Part shown: positions 57,901 to 64,000 of the stretch, piece by piece | Layout: each line of letters begins with the position of its first letter | Position numbering within the stretch: position 1 is the stretch's first letter | Virus record (IMG/VR): IMGVR_UViG_3300017917_000601 | Span: 12,935 to 76,934 of that record | Reading direction: 5' to 3' (one strand) | DNA length: 64,000 nt | Source of the DNA: a virus | Notes under the pieces: model-generated | Database searches by the model: none | Told to the model about the DNA's origin: nothing | What the model saw: the letters and a program-made list of their open reading frames with translations, nothing else | Position numbers and translations under genes: made by a program

Positions 57901-58763
57901 CCTCTAACGCTAACGCCTTGCGGAACAGTTAATGGAAACTCTTCAACATAGGTACCGGGAAATATAATTATTTCGTCATTAGGACTAGCAATTGAAAGAG
58001 CGTGTTTGATAGTCCTTACTGGATTTGAGTAGTGTTCGCCTACATTTGTGTCAAACCCGTTTGTTGAAACATATATTGTATTGCCAGTTAGTGTAAGTAG
58101 ATCAATATTGTTAACAGTAACCCCTGACATATTGATACTGTCAGCTTCTACATTGTCAACATATAATTTGTTCCAACGTTTTAAACTAGTGCCAAGATCG
58201 TATGTATCAGTTATATCGGGTACAATATTACTGTTAATGTCTGAATTGAATATTACGTTGTCGGTGTCAGCATTACCAATTACAACGTCACCGTCCCAAG
58301 TAATATTTCCAGTGGCGTGTAGATCTCCGTTAACATTAACAGTATCAGAATAAAAATTAACTAGTCCAGATCCATTAGGAGAAAGCTCGATATTGCTGTT
58401 ATTTGTTATGTTTTCAATTAACTGATCACTGACTCTTAGGTTTAATGTTCCAACTTTAGTAGTTAATATCTTAGGATCTAATGCTGGGTTTGGAGAGATA
58501 TAGATTATACCGTTCTGATGTTGTATTCTATTAGTTGAGAATATAAAATCATCAACAGTAACAGAAGTATCAGCAATTAAATTAGTGGTATTAATTGTGT
58601 CGTTAACCAGTAGAGGACGAGTCGGTGCATCTGTTCTTACACCAATTCTACCGTTGTTAACATCTAAGTATAGGAGGTCAGTTTCAAAAGCTAAATCTAC
58701 TCCGTTGCGAAGTAAATCAGCTGATAGTAACGGGCCGCTAATTCGTCCTAATTCTGCGCCCAT
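54984..58763 (-). CDS. Large fibre protein (1259 aa), paralogue of the 1708-aa protein
   Basis: GRISGPLL..LLR.GV.LAFETDLL.LDV.NGRIG; RSPYI.N.TVITKGS; G.LRFN. Confidence 0.8.
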   Translation of the reverse strand: MGAELGRISGPLLSADLLRNGVDLAFETDLLYLDVNNGRIGVRTDAPTRPLLVNDTINTTNLIADTSVTVDDFIFSTNRIQHQNGIIYISPNPALDPKILTTKVGTLNLRVSDQLIENITNNSNIELSPNGSGLVNFYSDTVNVNGDLHATGNITWDGDVVIGNADTDNVIFNSDINSNIVPDITDTYDLGTSLKRWNKLYVDNVEADSINMSGVTVNNIDLLTLTGNTIYVSTNGFDTNVGEHYSNPVRTIKHALSIASPNDEIIIFPGTYVEEFPLTVPQGVSVRGTGIRSVTIEPTVGTNNKDCFLLNGDSTVQYLTIQNFFHDSVNNTGYAFRFANNFKTVLRSPYIYNVTVITKGSVTSLADPLGFNQGDAGGGAYLDGSVADSTSTVPPTGLFFATTFITPNQDGITALNGVRVEWLNSFTYYAKRGIYLKQGSLGRASQGTIFGAEMRSINSANVYGTYGAVADGADTLGYLIGHNFGYIGSGANTLNDRTTVVQANEVVELNNGEIYYDSMDHKGDYRVGDIFYVNQETGEVSFDAQSIDLGAQGNITLESPTSTTVINKDYVQTGNIRFAGNTILSLAGPVNVSAFSGSTYLNTDVFVTGNTSITGNTIVKGTVYLGNNPLDLITIAPDLTQNIVPKTTNTYTLGTDNGIDPKRWDDLFTGRLDIDGVTEIDSNTIKTIAANTDLIINAGGTGIVEITASDVEITQNLKVSTTTNLVDTNIGTVLTPADIVQIGDTNQVGNTLRTGDTNMSGYLDVSGSTSEIQLEDISIIDNVITTTDSNNDLILSATGSLVKVLDSDVEITNNLDVFGVGNFNSIVGVDTVVADDFTISSVYINDNYITTLGVDQNLILQANGTGKVLVPTNDVDVANNLTITDQLTVSGTTNLKNTEINDTTTIIGDIDQTGNLYIIGDFNNNNIKIVSPSYFEVPNIRIEGTVIRTTSLNTDLNFSAAGTGGVSFAKQLKITNNVISNIFDTNDIALSFNNLLSTEDGQLLLTENGDFYLADLKGDRDLSIIFEPNGTGNAIINSNKAIAIPYGNNSNALLESVGEIRQNSTTKRYEGWTPFGVVSFTDIYDTDGNTFIRAEEYPGFNNNILEFSVNGSLRATISSTSVNSNTLQADNVRISSSTISNAVPANNLEITSNGTGTVNINSVLFKDSTIENTTNDPFVLASTGPGYVKFSGTGAVVFPSGTELERRLLPELGELRFNSDRGLMEIYDGTGWISTSGASSAATEEEIQAETNLWAFILG

Positions 58764-58772
58764 GGTCGCTCC

Positions 58773-59546
58773 TTATTGATCAAAACCGTGCAATACTATA
58801 ACTGGTTTTCCGTAAGGCACTGCTGAACTAAATTGGATATAATATCCACTTGCTGTGTTTGATGCATCAGTGATTGTAATAATTGTCCCGGACGTAATAT
58901 CAACTGTAGCATTATTAGACATTGTAACTGTTGTTAATCTTCCTTGACTATCAACTGTATAAGAAACAACTGTAGTAGTTGCCGGAACGTTTGTACCTGT
59001 AATAGTTGCTCCGGTAATATTAACAGAAGGATATATTGGGCTAGTAATTGTATCAAACGTTAAAACATTATTACCTGTAGTTGTATCTGCAGAAAGATCA
59101 CCGCTATATACTTGCCCAGGAATTGTTGGATTCTGGACGATTGTATAGTTTGTATTGTGGATTTGTAAAACGTTTTCGACTACAACAATTAGATTTTGGC
59201 CGCCCCATGTATCTCCACTTTGTACTACAGCTGGGGGTGCTGGATTTAAAGGACCAAAATAAACAGTGTTGGCATCACCAACACCTAAATTCTGTTGTGT
59301 AATTCCTGTTGATTCTTTGTAACGCAAAGTTCTCCAACTTGCCGGACTACCGGAATAGACTTCTACTTCGTTTAATGATGTGTTGTATCTAAGTTGTCCA
59401 GTAATAGGGCTAGTAATTGAGCTGTCACTCTTAGGCAACACCATTGCTCTACTTTCAGCAAGTGTAAGATCGTTGCTTGTGTTTAGTGCAACTCTACCGT
59501 CATAGATTGCTCTACGGTTAAGTGTTAAAGTTTTTAAAAATCTCAT
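58773..59546 (-). CDS. Virion structural protein (hypothetical)
   Basis: GQLRYNT...EVY motif, IVVVENVLQ, V.VLHGFD. Confidence 0.7.
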   Translation of the reverse strand: MRFLKTLTLNRRAIYDGRVALNTSNDLTLAESRAMVLPKSDSSITSPITGQLRYNTSLNEVEVYSGSPASWRTLRYKESTGITQQNLGVGDANTVYFGPLNPAPPAVVQSGDTWGGQNLIVVVENVLQIHNTNYTIVQNPTIPGQVYSGDLSADTTTGNNVLTFDTITSPIYPSVNITGATITGTNVPATTTVVSYTVDSQGRLTTVTMSNNATVDITSGTIITITDASNTASGYYIQFSSAVPYGKPVIVLHGFDQ

Positions 59547-59860
59547 TATACGCTCAACACACTAATTGTAGCAGTCAAACCAGTATTTGATGCAACTGCT
59601 TGAAGATTGTCGCCGTTTGCTAGAACCATTTTTTCTTGATCAAAACTAACAGTATCACCTGCTGGTATTGTTAATGCATTTACAATCATACTTCCGGTTC
59701 CAGCACTTCCGCCAGACGGAACAGCATACAATGTTAAATTTAAATCGCTGCCGCTTGTGTTACATACAATAACAGTAGTAATAGCACGTTGGCCAGAGCC
59801 TGAAGATAATGTTGTTGCAGGTAACGTTGTTGCTGTAATTTCTGTATTGTAAATTGCCAT
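59546..59860 (-). CDS. Small beta-rich virion connector-like protein
   Basis: AITTVIVCN...LTIPAGDT...EKMVL.NGD.L. Confidence 0.65.
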   Translation of the reverse strand: MAIYNTEITATTLPATTLSSGSGQRAITTVIVCNTSGSDLNLTLYAVPSGGSAGTGSMIVNALTIPAGDTVSFDQEKMVLANGDNLQAVASNTGLTATISVLSV

Positions 59861-59869
59861 ATTCTATCC

Positions 59870-60805
59870 TTAAAAGAGCATACTTAAAAGTAGGGCTCTA
59901 TTTTTAACTACTAATTCGTCTGATGTTCTACTATTTACAACAAACATACCGCTGTTGTAAAGTTCATAATTTGATGTTACAGTTTTAGAATACAATCTTG
60001 ATGCTGTACCTACTACTGCTGGATCGCTTACTTGCTGATCTAAATTTAATACACCGTCAATTTCAACGTTGTTGTTTACCGCAGTTAAGATTAAATTATT
60101 TGCACCAGTATTATAAATTGTATCAATATAAATGTTAACGTTATCAACATCTAACCCTTGAGCTGTTACCTGAGCACGTTGATTTAGTGCTCCACCCGAT
60201 CTAACAAAAAATCTAATGTTAGATGGGTTTGCAATAGCAAGTGTATCTTGATTTCCTGCTGTAGCATCAATTGGACTAAAAATCTTGTTGACCGTTGCAA
60301 CGCCGTCTGCGGCAGCTACATAGTCGTTAATCCATTTTTTATTTGGAATATCATCGTCGTTTAAAACACGCAATTCATAGTCAGTTGAGTTAATAACACG
60401 TAATACTCCTGCGCCATTTTGCATATCAAAACGCACATTTGATGAAGGATCGCCAGCATAGCTGTCGGCCTTAACTCCTACTAGTGTACCAGTATCTAAC
60501 TGTGTTGTAAATTTATCAACACTTTCGTCCCATAAGAATTGACTGTTTGCTAAACTTCCTCTGTCAACTTCAAGTCCAGAGGTAACTTCTGTTACCCCTG
60601 CACCTGTTTCACCTTTGTTTAAAAGAATTATGTTGTCTTCGATTGTAAGATTAGTAGTATCAACAGTAGTTGTGTCACCTAAAACTTGCAAGTCGCCAGT
60701 AATAACAACTTTGCCGGGCGCATTACCTACGTCAAGTGTAATCGTTCCTAAGTCTTTAACCTTAAGACGATAATCACTTTCACTAATTCTTACGATTCTA
60801 GACAT
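59870..60805 (-). CDS. Virion structural/fibre protein
   Basis: GDLQVLGDTTTVDTTNLTIEDNII.LN...GLEVDRG motif, also present in the 1134-aa fibre. Confidence 0.7.
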   Translation of the reverse strand: MSRIVRISESDYRLKVKDLGTITLDVGNAPGKVVITGDLQVLGDTTTVDTTNLTIEDNIILLNKGETGAGVTEVTSGLEVDRGSLANSQFLWDESVDKFTTQLDTGTLVGVKADSYAGDPSSNVRFDMQNGAGVLRVINSTDYELRVLNDDDIPNKKWINDYVAAADGVATVNKIFSPIDATAGNQDTLAIANPSNIRFFVRSGGALNQRAQVTAQGLDVDNVNIYIDTIYNTGANNLILTAVNNNVEIDGVLNLDQQVSDPAVVGTASRLYSKTVTSNYELYNSGMFVVNSRTSDELVVKNRALLLSMLF

Positions 60806-60823
60806 TTATAATTCCTAAACTAA

Positions 60824-61543
60824 TTATTGATTTGCAATAGTTACTGTATCATTTAAAACAGCTGAACCAAATGTCCATTTTGCAGTTGCACCGCTAGCAA
60901 ATTGAGTACCTGCAGAACTTGTTCCGCTGTGTGTATTTGCTGTTGGAACTAAAACTGCTTTACGAGCAGTTAACTTAGAAACTAAGTATGTGCCGCCAGC
61001 ACTATCTGTAGCCATAATAGACATCTCGTTTGCACCAAGTGCATTAGTTGTAACTAATTTGCAAACTGCTGTACCGTCACTAGTTTGAACTTTATAACGA
61101 CGAGCACTTTGTTGTTTGATAATATCGCCAGTTAACACTTCAGATCCAGCACCAATTTGTGCTTCACACTTGATGCTGTTTTGACGAGTAGTAGTTAGAG
61201 TAACAGTAACTCCATCAGATCCGTGAGTTAAAACAACTTCTTCTGCACCACCTGCTACTGTGTCCTTGATAGTAATTGTTGGACGAGCTGTATAACCAGA
61301 ACCTGCACTAGTCATAGTAACCGCAGTAATATCACCATTGCCGTCAATAGTAACTGTGCCAGTTGCTGTTTGACCACCAGTTAACTCTGGAGCAGAAAAT
61401 GTTGCTGTTGCACCGGTGTTCATACTGGCTGCAATTGGCGCGGCAATAGCAACGCTAGCCACACCTTCGCCACCTACGTTTGCAAATCCAGATAGCTCGT
61501 AGTTTGTGTTAGCGAAATATTTCTTTTGAATTGGACGTCCCAT
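60824..61543 (-). CDS. Virion structural protein following the major capsid gene (239 aa)
   Basis: ATG 61543 after AAGGAG (MGRPIQKKYF); GSGYT.RPT.TI; IIKQ...RRY.V. Confidence 0.7.
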   Translation of the reverse strand: MGRPIQKKYFANTNYELSGFANVGGEGVASVAIAAPIAASMNTGATATFSAPELTGGQTATGTVTIDGNGDITAVTMTSAGSGYTARPTITIKDTVAGGAEEVVLTHGSDGVTVTLTTTRQNSIKCEAQIGAGSEVLTGDIIKQQSARRYKVQTSDGTAVCKLVTTNALGANEMSIMATDSAGGTYLVSKLTARKAVLVPTANTHSGTSSAGTQFASGATAKWTFGSAVLNDTVTIANQ

Positions 61544-61641
61544 TTGTTTTCTCCTTAAAATATGACGTTCTAGGTCTACGCAGAGGGATTCTGCATAAGT
61601 CTTGCTACAAGGCAAGCTCTCATATTAGACATTATTATTTA
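61544..61641 (-). ncRNA. Putative structured leader RNA (three-way junction)
   Basis: Late core CTAAATA followed by three complementary stems before the RBS. Confidence 0.5.
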
Positions 61642-61654
61642 GCTGATCAAGAGA

Positions 61655-61674
61655 AAGGGCTCCGAAGAGCCCTT
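61655..61674 (-). terminator. Intrinsic terminator after major capsid gene
   Basis: AAGGGCTC-TTCG-GAGCCCTT (UUCG tetraloop) then TTTCTCTT. Confidence 0.85.
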
Positions 61675-61700
61675 GCTTTTGCGTGACTTTAAGTAACGAA

Positions 61701-62861
61701 TTACTTGAAAGAAACGTTGCTGATTGCAACTTTTCCTAGGTAGTCAGCGGCGTTACCTAGAGAAGAAGCTGTGTTTGTCAACTCAACATAACCATAACGT
61801 GTCATAAATGATACGACTGGTTCGAAAGTTGATGGATCTAGAACAACACCAGAGCTCATTAGAGGAATGTATGGGCAATAGAATGCTGCCGCATCACTCT
61901 CGCTAGAACCCTTGTAACCGATTAGAACGTCGGCTGTGTCGGCGGCGTATGTGTTAACATAAACCTTCATAGCGTTGTTTAGTGTACCAACGAACTTAGT
62001 GTTTGTTGGAGCTTCGAATGTACCTTCTGTTGTACGTGCAAATGCAGAAGTTGTAGCAGACTGAAGAATTGTAAGAGCAAATGGACTTACAACTGCCCAG
62101 TTACCAGCGCCACGACGTGTACGCTGAGCGATCAAGTTAGAAACACGGTTGATCTGAACAGCTAAAGCGGCGTGTTCGTCACCAACGAATGTTGCTGTAC
62201 CTGAAACTGCGTTCTGGTCAAATGTCTCAACAGCTGAACCTGCTAGAGAAGCTAGAGAAGCTAGGATCTCTTGGTCGATTTCAGCAGTGATTTCTTGTGC
62301 TAGAGCAGCCATAATTTCTGCTTCGATGTCAATGCCTTGTTGGGCTTGTGCATCTTGTGCAGCCTCAAATGTCCAGCGAGCTGACAACTTACGTGTCTTA
62401 GCTTCAACTGTTTGCTTGAGGATTTGAATGCTCATACGCTTACCAGCGGCACCTTCTAGAGTTGCTGTAGAAGCACCTTTAGCTGGTGAACTGTCGTTAC
62501 CAGAATATGCTTCAGCAATCTTGAATGGGCTTAGAGCTTCTTCACCTGCTACTACGCCAGTTGCGCTATCAGCGTAACGAACACGTAGAGTATGGATCTG
62601 GCCAACTGGACCAGTCATTGGTTGTACACCAACTAACTCGTTAGCAATAACGGTTGGCATAACGCGACGAATCACTGGAAGGATCACGCGATTTAGGGTT
62701 GCAACGTTGCCGGCAGAAGTAGCACCTGCTGTTGGGGATTCCATCAAATACTTGCGAGTATTTTCTAATGTTACACCCATGACAGATTTTTTAGTGCCTT
62801 GGAGGCCTTCTAAAAGAGCTTCTTTAGTCTCTGCCCAACGGTTTGTTAGTAGTTCTGACAT
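61701..62861 (-). CDS. 23: Major capsid protein (gp23-like)
   Basis: RRVMP..IA.ELVGVQPMTGP.GQI, V.AKTRKL.A.WT.E..QD, AFYCPYIPL, F.P...FMTRYG. Confidence 0.97.
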   Translation of the reverse strand: MSELLTNRWAETKEALLEGLQGTKKSVMGVTLENTRKYLMESPTAGATSAGNVATLNRVILPVIRRVMPTVIANELVGVQPMTGPVGQIHTLRVRYADSATGVVAGEEALSPFKIAEAYSGNDSSPAKGASTATLEGAAGKRMSIQILKQTVEAKTRKLSARWTFEAAQDAQAQQGIDIEAEIMAALAQEITAEIDQEILASLASLAGSAVETFDQNAVSGTATFVGDEHAALAVQINRVSNLIAQRTRRGAGNWAVVSPFALTILQSATTSAFARTTEGTFEAPTNTKFVGTLNNAMKVYVNTYAADTADVLIGYKGSSESDAAAFYCPYIPLMSSGVVLDPSTFEPVVSFMTRYGYVELTNTASSLGNAADYLGKVAISNVSFK

Positions 62862-62872
62862 TTAAATTCTCC

Positions 62873-63970
62873 TTAAATTTTTAGTCCTGCGAGTCTGCGA
62901 ATATCTACAATATTTGATTCGCCCTCGACGCTACGTTGTACGTTGGTAATTTCTTTATTACCTGTAATTTCTTTAGCCTCTACAAGTGCCTGTTTCTTCT
63001 GCGGAGCTTTGCCAGCGATAACTGCTGGGAGATACTTTTCAAAACTTTCTGTTAGCTTTGAAGTTTTCACACTCTCCATTAATTCACCCATGATTTCACG
63101 TTGCTCGGTGTTTAACGGAGCAAGTAACTCATTCATGATTTCTTTACGTTCTTGCGACTCACGAAGAGCGGCAATCTCTGCTTCTTTACTTTCTACTAGT
63201 GACTTAGCTTCTTCTGCAACCTTAGCGGCTTCAGCAATAGCTAGTTCTTTCATGTCTATGACCTTGAGTAATTTAGCAGTTTCTGACTTCTCATTTAGGT
63301 AACTAGCTTGGTATTCTTGAGCAAATGCTTCGAATAACTTGCGACCAAAGTCTGCACGGCGAGCGGCTTCGATGTCTTCTTTAAGTGATGTAATTTCAGA
63401 ACGTAGTCCTTCTGTTACAACTCCTTCGACCATCTTAGCGGCACGCTCAACAAACTGTTGTTTTACCTTTGCGAGCTGTTCGCGACCTTCGCGAACTAAA
63501 CGTACCTTGGTTTCAGCCAAGTCTTGTTTATCTTTGTAAAACTCTGTAATTTCTTGAGCAAGAGCTTCTACTACGAATTGTTCTAACTTACCGAATTTAT
63601 CAGCCATTTCGACTTGATCTTCGTGAAGTTCTTTGACTTCGCTTGCTAGTTGACGTGCAACGAATTCCTTCATTACAGCACTATCTTGCTTCATCTTAAC
63701 GGCATACTTTGCTTTCATCTCAGCTAATTGCTTACGATCGTCGGCAAATTCAACAAGTTCAGCTGATAAACGATCTGTAACCATGCGGTCAACAGCTTCA
63801 ATCATCAGTTCTTTGTCATGCTCGTATTTTTGTGCGAACTCTTCGCGTAGTTGTTGAGCAACTTGTTCACGGTTCTCGTTAATACGAGCTTCCCATGCTT
63901 GCTCAATAGACTCTTTGATCTCTTCAGAAATCACATTGTTTTCAAATAACGTTTTTAGTGCATCCAACAT
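62873..63970 (-). CDS. 22: Prohead core scaffold protein (gp22-like)
   Basis: Glu/Lys-rich coiled coil directly upstream of gp23; FGRKLFEAF. Confidence 0.8.
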   Translation of the reverse strand: MLDALKTLFENNVISEEIKESIEQAWEARINENREQVAQQLREEFAQKYEHDKELMIEAVDRMVTDRLSAELVEFADDRKQLAEMKAKYAVKMKQDSAVMKEFVARQLASEVKELHEDQVEMADKFGKLEQFVVEALAQEITEFYKDKQDLAETKVRLVREGREQLAKVKQQFVERAAKMVEGVVTEGLRSEITSLKEDIEAARRADFGRKLFEAFAQEYQASYLNEKSETAKLLKVIDMKELAIAEAAKVAEEAKSLVESKEAEIAALRESQERKEIMNELLAPLNTEQREIMGELMESVKTSKLTESFEKYLPAVIAGKAPQKKQALVEAKEITGNKEITNVQRSVEGESNIVDIRRLAGLKI

Positions 63971-64000
63971 GTGATTCTCCTTGTTATTGGAGTTTGCTTA

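Noticed and set aside
483-63539. Many short antisense or alternate-frame ORFs in the ORF track (e.g. 17444-17980, 38800-39240, 62943-63302)
   Set aside because: They lie wholly within long genuine genes, mirror Thr/Gly/Val-rich codon bias, and lack recognisable motifs.
1-64000. Stop-codon reassignment, introns or inteins in core genes
   Set aside because: Core genes (gp17, gp18, gp23, UvsX) are intact and uninterrupted in the standard code; no intein motifs seen.
1-64000. CRISPR array, tRNA or rRNA genes
   Set aside because: Intergenic gaps are short; no repeat-spacer periodicity or cloverleaf with a T-loop consensus was seen.
63984-64000. 3' end of prohead protease gp21
   Set aside because: Expected by synteny, but only about 5 codons are visible, so it cannot be supported.

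Overview
64-kb segment of a large T4-like (myovirus) bacteriophage genome, AT-rich and almost fully coding, mostly on the minus strand. From the right end, reading along the minus strand: prohead scaffold (gp22-like) and major capsid protein (gp23); about 30 kb of giant and small fibre/baseplate-type proteins; a largely plus-strand block (gp14, gp15, Nudix, three 2OG-Fe(II) oxygenases, three Cys-Cys-Cys paralogues and partners); gp13; a tail fibre followed by three C1q-domain paralogues; dNMP kinase; an HNH-like gene; tail sheath; tail tube; gp4-like head completion nuclease; putative small terminase; putative internal head proteins; large terminase; gp32 SSB; UvsX. T4-type late promoter cores (TAAATA/TAAGTA) precede many genes, often only 4-5 nt before the ATG. 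The most unusual signal is a repeated architecture: each of two fibres ending in a self-cleaving (S74-type) chaperone is paired with exactly three divergent ~175-aa paralogues plus a small helper gene. This suggests separately encoded, possibly heterotrimeric, swappable fibre tips (one C1q-type, one Cys-Cys-Cys type) within a modular connector system. Two structured late-mRNA leaders and two promoter-in-hairpin switches are also visible. All family calls come from motif recognition by eye; no searches were run.
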